NCBI RefSeq assembly: GCF_963921235.1
Contig: NC_086104.1
Span: 114,886,001 to 114,950,000, forward strand
Direction of reading: 5' to 3'
Origin: Mobula hypostoma
Lineage: Eukaryota
DNA: 64,000 nucleotides
Of this stretch, positions 11,301-23,300 are shown piece after piece (the first letter of the stretch is position 1; the number at the start of each line of letters is the position of its first letter). The translations under genes and the position numbers were made by a program. Under the pieces are notes generated by a model. It was given only the letters and a program-made list of their open reading frames with translations, did no database searches and had not been told where the DNA came from.

Positions 11301-14300
11301 CCCTCTGACAATGTGTTTTGCCTCAATATCTCCCCTCTGACAATGCGGTGCTCTCACAGTATCACCCATATGACAGAGTGAATTCTCTCAGATTCTCCCC
11401 TCTGACAGTATGGATCCCCCTGTACCTCCTCTCCGACAGTGGAATTCTGTCACTATCTCCCCGATGACAGTGTGATTTCTCTCAGTATCTCCTCTCTGAC
11501 AGTGTGGTGCTCTCTCAGTAGCTCCCATCTGACAGAGTGCTGTCCCTCAGTATATCCCCATCACATTGTGATCTCTCTCATTATCTCCCCTCTGACTGAG
11601 TGAATTGTCTCAGTAAAACCCCTCTGACAGTGTGGAGCTCTCTCCATATCTCCCCTCTGACAGTCTGTTGTCTCTCAGTATCTCCCCACTAACTGTGGTT
11701 ATTCTCAGTATTTTCCCTTGTACAGTGTGGTGTCTCTCAGTATCTCTCCTCTGACAGTGTGGTGCTCATTCCATATCTCCCCTCTGACAGTGTGGTTTAC
11801 TTTCAGTATCGCCCCTCTGACAGTCTGTTGTCGCTCAGTATCTCCCCTCTAACAGTGTGGTTATTCTCGGTATTACCCCTCATACAGTCTGGTGAGTCAC
11901 AGTATCTCCTGTCTGAGTGTGTGATTTCCCTCAGGATATCTCGTCTGACAGTGTGAATTTCTCTCAGTATCTCCCCTCTGAAAATATGATGTTCCCTCAG
12001 TATCACCCGTCCAACAGTGTGATGTCCCTCAGTATCTCCCTCTGGCAGTGTTGTGTCTCTCAGTATCTCCATTCAGACCCTGTTGTGTCCCTCAGTATCT
12101 CCCCTCGACAGTGTGGTGTCACCTCTCTGACAGTGTAGTGTCGTCCTGCAATTCCCCTCGGATGGTAGGTATCTCTCATTAGCTCCCCCATGAACGTATG
12201 ATTTCTCTCAGTACCAGCCCACAGACAGTGTGATGTCCCTCACTCTCTCCCCACTGACAGTGTGACGTCCATCACTATCTCCCCTTTGTCAGTGTGAACC
12301 CCTCTCAGTATCTCCCCTCTGAGAGCATGTTACTCTCCCAATATCTCCCCTCTGACAGTGTGATGTCTTTCAGTATCTCCCCTCTGACAGTGTGGAGTCC
12401 CCCTGAACCTCCTCTCCAATAGTGGGATTCTGTCACTATCTCCCCCATGACAGTATGACTTCTCTCAGTTTCTCCCCTCTGACAGTGTGGTACTCTCTCA
12501 GTATCTCCCACCTGACAGAGTGGTGTCCCTCAGTATCTCCTCTATCACATTGTGATGTCTCTCAATATCTCACCTCTGACTGAGTGAATTGTCTCAGTAT
12601 CTCCCCTCTGACAGCGTGGAGCTCTCACCATATCTCCCCTCTGACAGTGTGGTGTACTTTCAGTATCTCCCCACTGACAGTCTGTTGTCTCTCAGTATCT
12701 CCCCTCTAACAGTATGGTTATTCTCAGTATTTCCCCTCATACACTCTGGTGACCCACAGTATCTCCCATCTGACAGTGCGATGTATTTACTCAGTATTTC
12801 CCCTCTCACATCATCATTATCTCCCCCATAACAGTTTGATGTCTCTCAGTATCTCCCCTCTGACAGTGTGGTCGTCTCTCAGTATCTTCCCTCTGACAGT
12901 GTGGTGTCTCTGAGCATCTCTCCTCTGGCACTGTGATGTTCCCTCGATATCTCTCCTCCGACAGAGTGATGTCTCTCAGTAGCTCCCCTCTCAAAATGTG
13001 GTATTCCCCCAGTATCTCCCTTCTGACAGTGAGGTTTCTCTCAGTATCTCCCCTCTGACAGTGTGGTGTCTCTCAGTATCTCCCCTCTGACAGTGTGGTG
13101 TCCCTCAGTATCTCCCCTCTCAAAGTGTGGTGTCTCTCAGTTTCTCCCCTCTGACAGTTTGATATTCCCTCACTATCTCCTCTCTGACAGTGTGATGTTA
13201 GCTCAGTATGTCCCCTCTGACAGTGTGATGCTCTGTCAGTATTTCCCCTCTGAGAGTCTGGTGTCTCTCAGTATCTCCCCTCCAACAGTGTTGTATTCCC
13301 TTTGTATCTCCCCTCTGACAGTCTGGTGTCCCTCAATATCTCCCACCTGACAGTGTGGTTTCTCTCAGTATCTCCCCTCTGACAATGTGATGTCCTTCGG
13401 TATCACCCCTCTGACAGTGTGGTGTCCCTTAGTATCTCCACATTGACAATGTAATGTCTCTCAGTATCTCCCCTCTGACAGAGTGATGATCCCTCAATAT
13501 CTCCGCTCTGACAGTGTGGTGTCTCTCAGTATCTCTGCTCTGACAGGGTGATGATTCCTCAATATCTCCCCTCTGACAGTGTGGTGTCCCTTAGTATCTC
13601 CACATTGACAGTGTGATGTCTCTCAGTATCTCCCTTCTGACAGTGTGGTGTCTCTCAGTATCTCCACTCTGACAGTGTGGTGTCTCTGAGCATCTCTCCT
13701 CTGGCACTGTGATGTTCCCTCGATATCTCTCCTCCGACAGAGTGATGTCTCTCAGTAGCTCCCCTCTCAAAGTGTGGTATTCCCCCAGTATCTCCCTTCT
13801 GACAGTGAGGTTTCTCTCAGTATCTCCCCTCTGACAGTGTGGTGTCTCTCAGTATCTCCCCTCTGACAGTGTGGTGTCCCTCAGTATCTCCCCTCTCAAA
13901 GTGTGGTGTCTCTCAGTTTCTCCCCTCTGACAGTTTGATATTCCCTCACTATCTCCTCTCTGACAGTGTGATGTTAGCTCAGTATGTCCCCTCTGACAGT
14001 GTGATGCTCTGTCAGTATTTCCCCTCTGAGAGTCTGGTGTCTCTCAGTATCTCCCCTCCAACAGTGTTGTATTCCCTTTGTATCTCCCCTCTGACAGTCT
14101 GGTGTCCCTCAATATCTCCCACCTGACAGTGTGGTTTCTCTCAGTATCTCCCCTCTGACAATGTGATGTCCTTCGGTATCACCCCTCTGACAGTGTGGTG
14201 TCCCTTAGTATCTCCACATTGACAATGTAATGTCTCTCAGTATCTCCCTTCTGACAGAGTGATGATCCCTCAATATCTCCGCTCTGACAGTGTGGTGTCT

Positions 14301-17300
14301 CTCAGTATCTCTGCTCTGACAGGGTGATGATTCCTCAATATCTCCCCTCTGACAGTGTGGTGTCCCTTAGTATCTCCACATTGACAGTGTGATGTCTCTC
14401 AGTATCTCCCTTCTGACAGTGTGGTGTCTCTCAGTATCTCCACTCTGACAGGGTGATGATTCCTCAATATCTCCCCGTTGACAATATGAACCCCTCTCAG
14501 TTTCTCCCCTCTGAGAGTATGGTGGTCTCCCAATATCTCCCTCTGACCGTGTGATGTCCGTCAGTATCTCCCTTATGACAGTCTGTTGTCTCTGTATCTC
14601 CCCTCTAACAGTGAGGTTTCTCACAGTATCTCCCCTCTGACAGTGTAGTGTCCCACAGTATCTCCCCTCTGATAGTGTGATGTTCCCTCAGTATCTCCCC
14701 TCTGACAGTGTGATGTTCCCTCAGTATCTCTCCTCTGACAGTGTGATGTCTCTCAGTTTCTTGCCTCAGACAATGTGGTGCTCTCTCAGTATCTCCCCTC
14801 TCAAAGTCTGGTATTTCCTCAGTATCTCCACTCTGACATGGTGGTATCCCTCAGTATCCCACCTCTGGCAGTGTGAGTCCCCTCAGTATCTCCCCTCTGA
14901 CAGTCTGATGTCTCTCAGTATCTCCCCTCTGACAGTGTGGTGTCCCTCAGTATCTCCCCTAACAAAGTGTTGTGTCTCAGTTTCTCCCCTCCGACAGTTT
15001 GATATTCCCTCAGTATCTCCTCTCTAACAGAGTGATGTTAGCTCAGTATGTCCCCTCTGACAGTGTGATGCTCTCTCAGTATATCCCCTCTGAGAGTCTG
15101 GTGTCTCACTTGTATCTCCCCTCTGACAGTGTGGTGTAACTCAGTATCTCCCCTCTGACAGTGTGGTATCTCTCAGTATTTCCCCTCTGACAGAGTGTTA
15201 TCCCTCAGTTTCTCCCCACTGACAGTGTGATTTCCCAGTATCTCCCCTCTGAGAGTGTGATTTCTCAGTATCTCCCCTCTGACAGTGTGGTGTCTCTCAG
15301 TATCTCCCCTCTGACAGTCTGATGTTCCCTCAGTATCTCCCCTCTAACAGTGTGATGTCTCTCAGTATCTTCCCTCTGATAATGTGGTGCCCACTCAGTA
15401 TCTCCAAACTCATTGTGCGAAATTCCCTCAGTATCTCTCCTCTAAACAGTGTGCTGTCTCTCAGTATATCCCCTCTGACCGTGTGTTATCTCTCAGCATC
15501 TCCTTTCTAACTGTGTGGTGTTCCCACAATATCTCCCCTCTGACAGTGTGGTGTCCCTCAGTATCTCCCCTCTGACAGTGTGATGCTCTCTCAGTATCTC
15601 CCCTGTGACAGTGTAGTGTCCCTCTGTGTCTCCACTCTGACAGTGTGATTTTTCTCAGTATCTTCTCTCAGACAGTGTGGTGTCTCTCAGTATCTCCCCT
15701 CTTGCAGTGTGATGTTCTGTCAGTGTCTCCCCGTTGACATTGTGAAACTCTCTCAATATCTCCCCTCTGAGAGTATGGTGCTCCCCTATCTCCCCTCTGA
15801 GAGTGTGGTGTCTCTCAGTACCTCCCCTCTGACAGAGTGTTATCCCTCAGTTTCTCCACACTGACAGTGTGATTTCCCACTGTCTCCCCTCTGACGGTGT
15901 GATTTCTCAGTACTTCCCCTCTGACAGTATGGTGTCTCTCAGTATCTTCCCTCTGACAGGGTAACGTTCCCTCAGTATCTCACCTCTGACATTGTGGTGT
16001 CCTTTAGTATCTACCCTCTCAAAGTGTGATGTCTCTCAGTTTCTCCCCTCTTGACAGTTTGATATACCCTTAGTATCTCCTCTCTGACAGAGTGATGTTA
16101 GCTCAGTATGTCCCCTCTGACAGTGTGATGCTCACTCAGTATTTCCCCTCTGAGAGTCTGGTGTCTCTCAGTATCTCCCCTCCGACAGTGTTGTATTCCC
16201 TTTGTATCTCTCCTCTGACAGTGTGGTGTCCATCAATATCTCCCCTCTGACAGCGTGATGTCTCTCAGCATCTCCTCTCTGACATTGTGGTGTCTCTCAG
16301 TATCTCCCCTCTGACAGATTGTTATCCTCAGTTTCTCCCCACTGGCAGTGTGATTTCTCAGTATATCCCCACTGACAGTGTGATTTCTCAGTATCGCCCC
16401 TCTGGGGGTGTGGTGTCTCTCAGTATCTCCCCTCTGACAGAGTGATGTTCCCTCAGAATCTCTCATCTTACAGTGTGATGTCTCTCAGTATCTTTCCTCT
16501 GACAATATGGTGCTCTCTCAGTATCTCCCCTCTCAAAGTGTGGTATTCCCTCAGTATCTCCCCTCTGACAGTGTGGAGTACCTCAGTATCTCCCCACTGA
16601 GAGTGTGATGTTCCCTCGGTATCTCCCCCCTGACAGTGTGATATCTCTCAGTATCTCCACTTTCAAAGTGTGTTGTCTCTCAGTATCTCCCCTCCGACAG
16701 TTTGATATTCCCTCAGAATCTCCTCTCTGACAGAGTGATGTTAGCTCAGTATGTCCCCTCTGACAGTGTGATGCTCTCTCAGTATATCCCCTCTGAGAGT
16801 CTTGCGTCTCGCAGTATCACCCCTCCGACAGTGTTGTATTCTCTTTGTATCTCCCCTCTGAGAATGTGGTTTCCCTCAATATCTCCCCTCTGACAGTCTG
16901 TTGTCTCTGTATCTCCCCTCTAACAGTGAGGTTTCCCTCAGTATCTCCCCTCTGACAGTGTAGTGTCCCTCAGTATCTCCCCTCTGACAGTGTTGTGTCC
17001 CTCAGTATCTCCCCTCTCAAGGCGTGGTATCTTACAGATTTTCCCCTCTGACAGTTTGATATTCCCTCAGTATCTCCTCTCTGACAGAGTGATGTTAGCT
17101 CAGTATGTCTCCTCTTACAATGTGAGCTCTCGCAGTATTTCCTCTCGGAGAGTCTGGTGTCTCTCAGCATCTCCCCTCCAACAGTGTTGTATTCCCTTTC
17201 TATCTCTGCTCTGACAGTGTGGTGTCCCTCAATATCTCCCCTCTGACAGTGTATGTCTCTCAGTATTTCCTCTCTGACAATGTGGTGTCCCTTAGTATCT

Positions 17301-20300
17301 CCCCTCTGAGAGTGTGGAGTATCTCAGTATCTCCCCTCTGATAGTGTGGAGTCCCCCTGTACCTCCCCTCCGACAGTGGGTTTCTCTCACTATCACCCCC
17401 ATGACAGTGTGAATTCTCTCAATATCTCCACTCTGACAGTGTGGTGCTCTCTCAGTAGCTCCCATCTGACAGAGTGGTGTCCCTCAGTATCTCCCCTATC
17501 ACATTGTGATGTCTCCCATTATCTCCCCTCTGAGTGAGTGAATTGTCTCAGTATCACCCCTCTGACCGTGTGGAGCTCTCTGCATATCTCCCCTCTGACA
17601 GTGTGGAGCTCTCTGCATATCTCCCCTCTGACAGTCTGTTGACTCTCAGTATGTCCCCTCTAACAAAGTGGTTATTCTCAGTATTTCCCCTCATACAGTC
17701 TGGTGACCCAAGGTATCTCCCATCTGACAGTGTGGTGTCCCTCAGTATTTCTCGTCTGACAGTGTGAATTTCTCTCAGTATCTCCCCTCTGAAAATTTGA
17801 TGTTCCCTCAGTATCTCCCTCTGGCAGTGTTGTGTCTCTCAGTATCTCCCTTCAGACTCTGTGGTGTCCCTCAGTATCTCGTCTCTGACAGTGTGGTGTC
17901 ACTCAATATCTCTCCTCTGACAGTGTAGTGGCCCCCTGTAACTCCCCTCTGACAGTAGGTTTCTCTCACTTTCTCCCCCATGACAGTGTGATTTCTCTCA
18001 GTATCACCCCACTGAGAGTGTGATGTCCCTCACTATCTCCCTTTTGTCTGTGTGAACTTTTCTCAGTATCTCCCCTCTGAGAGTATCGTACTCTCCCGAT
18101 ATATCCCCTCTGACAGTGTGATGTCTTTCAGTATCTCCCCTCTGACAGTGTGGTGTCACTCAGTATCACCCCTTTGACAGTGTGGTGTCACTCAGTATCT
18201 CCCCTCTAACAGTGTGGTTATTCTCAGTATTTCCCCTCATACAGTATGGTGACCCACAGAATCTCCCATCTGAGAGTGCGATGTCCCTCAGTATTTCCCC
18301 TCTCACATTAGAGTGTCCATTACCATCTCTCCTATAACAGTTTGATGTCTCTTAGTACCTCCCATCTGACAGTGGGATTCTCTCACTATCTCCCCCATGA
18401 CAGTGTGATTTCTCTCATTATCTCCCCTCTGACTGAGTGAATTGTCTCAGTATCTCCCCTCTGACAGTGTGGAGCTCTCACCATATCTCCCCTCTGACAG
18501 TGTGGTTTACTTTCAGTATTTCCCCTCTGACAGTCTGCTGTCTATCAGTATCTCCCCTCTAACAGAGTGGTTATTCTCAGTATTTCCCCTCATACAGTCT
18601 GGTGACCCACAGTATCTCCCATCTCACAGTGTGATGTCCCTCAGTATTCACCTGCTGACAGTGCAGTGTCCTTCAGTATCTCCCCTCTGACAATGTAGTG
18701 TCCCTCAGTATCTCCCCTCTCACAGTGTGATGTCTCTCAGTATTTCTCGTCTGATAGTGTTGTGTCTCTAATTATCTCCCTTCAGACCCTGTGGTGTCCC
18801 TCAGTATCTCCCCGCTGACAGTGTAGTGTCCCTTAGTATCTCCCCTCTGACAGTGTGGCGTCCCCCTGTACCTCCACTCCAACAGTGTGATTCTGTCACT
18901 ATCTCCGCCATGACAGTGTGGCTTCTCTCAGTATCTCCCCTCTGACAGAGTGGTGTCCCTCAGTATCTCCCCTATCACATTGTGATGTCTCTCATTATCT
19001 CAGCTCTGACAGTCTGTTGTCTCCCAGTATCTCCACTCTAACAGTGTGGTTATTCTCAGTATTTCCCCTCATACAGTATGGTGACCCACAGAATCTCCCA
19101 TCTGAGAGTGCGATGTCCCTCAGTATTTCCCATCTCACATTAGGGTGTCCATCACTATCTCCCCCATAACAGTTTGATGTCTCTCAGTAGCTCCCCTCTG
19201 ACAGTGTGGTGGCATCTCAGTATCTTCACTCTGACAGTGTGGTTTACTTTCAGTATCTCCCCTCTGACATGTGGTTATTTTCAATATTTCCCCTCATACA
19301 GTCTGGTGACCCACAGTATCTCCCATCTGACAGTGTGATGTCCCTCAGTATTTCCCCTCTCACATTAGAGTGTCCATTACCATCTCCCCCATAACAGTTT
19401 GATGTCTCTTAGTATCTCCCCTCTGACAGTGTGGTGGTCTCTCAGTATCACCCATCTGAAAGTATGGTGGTCTCCCGATATCTCCCCTCTGACTATGTGG
19501 TGGTCTCTCAGTATCACCCATCTGAGAGTATGGTGGTCTCCCGATATCTGCCCTCTGACAGTGTGACGTCTCTCAGTATCTTCCCTCTGACAGTGTGATT
19601 TTTCTCAGTATCTTCTCTCAGACAGTGTGGTGTCTCTCAGTATCTCCCCTCTGGCAGTGTGATGTTCCCTCAGTATCTCCCCATTGACATTGTGAACTTC
19701 TCTCAATATCTCACCTCTGAGAGTATGGTGCTCCCCTGCTATCTCCCCTCTGAGAGTGTGGTGTCCCTCAGGACCTCCCCTCTGACAGAGTGTTATCGCT
19801 CCATTTCTCCACACTGACAGTGTGATTTCTCAATATCTCCCCATTCACAGTGTGATTTCTCAGTATATCCCCTCTGACAGTTTGGTGTCTCTCAGTATCT
19901 CCCCTCTGACAGTTTGGTGTCTCTCAGTATCTCCCCTCTGACAGTGTGATGTTCCCTCAGTATCTCCTCTCTGACAGTGTGATGTCTCTCAGTATCTCCT
20001 CTTTGAAAGTGTGTTGTCTCTCAGTATCACCCCTCCAACAGTTTGAAATTCCCTCACTATCTCCTCTCTGTCAGAGTGATGTTAGCTCAGTATGTCCCCT
20101 CTGACAGTGTAATGCTCTCTCAGTATCTCCAATCTGAGAGTCTTGTGTCTCTCAGTATCTCCCCTCCGACAGTGTTGTATTCCCTTTGTATATCCCCTCT
20201 GACAGTGTGGTGTCCCTCAATATCTCCCATCTGACAGTGTGATGTCTCTCAGTATCTCCCCTTTGAAAGTGTGTTGTCTCTCAGTATCACCCCTCCAACA

Positions 20301-23300
20301 GTTTGAAATTCCCTCACTATCTCCTCTCTGACAGAGTGATGTTAGCTCAGTATGTCCCCTCTGACAGTGTGATGCTCTCTCAGTATCTCCAATCTGAGAG
20401 TCTTATGTCTCTCAGTATCTCCCCTCCGACAGTGTTGTATTCCCTTTGTATCTCTCCTCTGACAGTGTGGTGTCCCTCAATATCTCCCCTCTGACAGCGT
20501 GATGTCTCTCAGTATCTCCCCTCTAACAGTGTTGTATTCCCTATGTATCTACCCTCTAACAGTCTGGTGTCCCTCAATATCTCTCCTCTGACAGTGTGAT
20601 GTTCTTCAATATCTCCCATCTGACAGTGTGATGTCTCTCAGTATCTCCCCTCTAACAGTGTTGTATTCCCTTTGTATCTCCCCTCTGACAATGTGGTTTC
20701 CCTCAATATCTCCCCTCTGGCAGTCTGTTGTCTCTGTATCTCCCCTCTAACAGTGAGGTTTCTCTCAGTATCTCCCCTCTGACACTGTGGTGTCCCTCAG
20801 TATCTCTCCTCTCAAGGCGTGGTATCTTACAGATTCTCCCCTCTGACAGTTTGATATTCCCTCAGTATCCCCTCTCTGACAGAGTGATGTTAGCTCAGTT
20901 TGTCCCCTCTGACAGTGTGATGCTCTCTGAGTATTTCCCCTCTGAGAGTCTGGTGTCTCTCAGTATCTCCCCTCCAACAGTGTAGTGTTCCCTTTGTATC
21001 TCCCCTCTGACAGTCTGGTGTCCCTCAATATCTCCCATCTGACAGTGTGGTTTCTCTCAGTATCTCCCCTCTGACAGTGTGATGTCCTTCGGTATCACCC
21101 CTCTGACAGTGTGGTGTCCCTTAATATCTCCACATTGACAGTGTGGTGTCTCTCAGTATCTCCCCTCCAACAGTGTTGTATTCCCTTTGTATCTCCCCTC
21201 TGACAGTCTGGTGTCCCTCAATATCTCCCATCTGACAGTGTGGTTTCTCTCAGTATCTCCCCTCTGACAGTCTGATGATCCCTCAATATCTCCCCTCTGA
21301 CAGTGTGGTGTCTCCCAGTATCTCCCCTCTGAAAGTGTGATGCTCTTTAAGTATCTCCCATCTAACAGTGTGATGTCTCTTAGTATCTCCGCTCTGACAG
21401 GGTGATAATCCCTCAATATCTTCCCGTTGACAGTATGAACCCCTCTCAGTTTCTCCCCTCTGAGAGTATGGTGGTCTCCCAATATCTCCCTCTGACAGTG
21501 TGAAGTCCATCAGTATCTCCCCTCTGACAGTCTGTTGTCTCTGTATCTCCCCTCTAACAGTTTGATATTCCCTCAGTATCTCCTCTCTGACAGAGTGATG
21601 TTAGCTCAGTCTGTCTCCTCTGAGAGTGTGAGCTCTCTCAGTATTTCCCCTCTGACAGTGTGAGCTCTCTCAGTGTTTGACCTCTGAGAGTCTAGTGTCT
21701 TTCAGTATCTCCCCTCCAACAGTGTTGTATTCCCTTTCTATCTCTGCTCTGACAGCATGGTGTCTCTCAATATCTCCCCTCTGACAGTGTTATCTCTCTC
21801 AGTATCTTCCCTCTGACAATGTGGTGTTACTTAGAATCTCCGGTCTGACAGTGTGGAGTATCTCAGTATCTCCCTTCTGGCAGAGTGTTATCTTTCAGTT
21901 TCTCCCCACTGACAGTGCAATTTCTCATTATCTCCCCTCTGACACTGTGGTGTCTCTCAGTATCTCCCTTCTGACACTGTGATGTTCCCTCAGTATTTCC
22001 CCTCTGACAGTGTACTGTCCTTCAGTATCTCCCTTCTGACAGTGTGGTGTCCCTCAGTACCTCCCCTCTCAAGGCGTGGTATCTCTCAGATTCTCCCCTC
22101 TGACAATTTGATATTCCCTCAGTATCTCCTTTCTGACAGCGTGATGTTAGCTCAGTATGTCCCATCTGACAGTGTGATGCTCTCTGAGTATTTCCCCTCT
22201 GAGAGTCTGGTGCCTCTCAGTATCTCCCCTCCGACAGTGTTGTATTCCCTTCGTATCTCCCTTCTGACAGTGTGATGTCCTTCAATAACTCCCATCTGAC
22301 AGTATGGTTTTTTCAGTCCATCCCCCCTGACAGTGTGGTGTCTCTCAGTATCTCCCCTCTGACAGTGTGGTTTCCCTCAGTGTCTCCCCTCTGACAGTGT
22401 GATGTCTCTCAGTATCTCCCCTCTGACAATGTGGTGTCTCTCAGTATCGCCCCTCTGAATGTATGATGTCTCTCAGTATCTTCCCTCTGACAATGTGGTG
22501 CTCTCTCAGTATCTCCCCTCTCAAAGTATTGTATTCCGTCAGTATCTCCCCTCTGACAGTGTGGTGTCCCTCAGTATCTCCCCTCTGACAGTGTGGTGTC
22601 TCTCAGTGTCTCCCCTTTGACAGTGTGGTGTCCCTCTGTATATCCTCTCTGACAGTGTGAGTCCCCTCAGTATCTGCCCTCTGACAGTGTGATGCTTTCT
22701 CAGTATTTCCCCTCTGACCATATGGTGTCCTTGAGTATCTCCCCTCTGACAGTGTGGTGGCTCTCAGTATCTTCCCTCTCAAAATGTGGTGTCTCTCAGT
22801 TTCTCCCCTCCAACAGTTTGATATTCCCTCAGTATCTCCTCTCTGACAGCATGATGTTAGCTCAGTATGTCCCCTCTGACAGTGTGATGCTCTCTGAGTA
22901 TTTCTCCTCTGAGAGTCTGGTGTCTCTCAGTATCTCCCCTCTGACAGTGTGGTGCTGTCTTAGTATGTCCCCTCTGAGGAAGCAGTTTTCCCTCAGGTTC
23001 TCCCGTCTTGTGGTGTACTCCTGTTCACAGCAGCATGGAGACAATTCATCCTTGAATAAAGCCTTTAAAACAGTGTGCCTGGCCCTTTTACCTTGGTGAT
23101 GTGCGTGCTGCTGTCTACAGACTGACTGCTCCCCCTCCCACGCTGCCATGCTAGTGTGGGGCAAATTGGCAGGGACAGTGAGGACATGGCAGGTGTTACA
23201 GAAAAGCAATTCCTGCTGTTTCTTTAATGATGAGACAGCACAATTGGAGAGAAATCTGCAGTTGAGAATATTGATGGACGAGGGAATTTATCGTAATTAT

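Noticed and set aside
8575-23010. Possible V(D)J recombination signals (CACAGTG-like heptamers) near V exons
   Set aside because: Satellite heptamers are GACAGTG or CACACTG without spaced ACAAAAACC nonamers; every V exon ends in a splice donor, not an RSS, and the V domains are Siglec-type rather than Ig/TCR-type.
9358-23099. Dozens of ORFs with SISPLTVW / QYLPSDSV motifs
   Set aside because: Artefacts of the 32-bp satellite; frames shift every unit.
22862-23209. 115-aa minus-strand ORF with a CAAG|GTAAAA donor after V-A2
   Set aside because: Not hydrophobic and not Ig-like; phases do not fit; it runs into the satellite.
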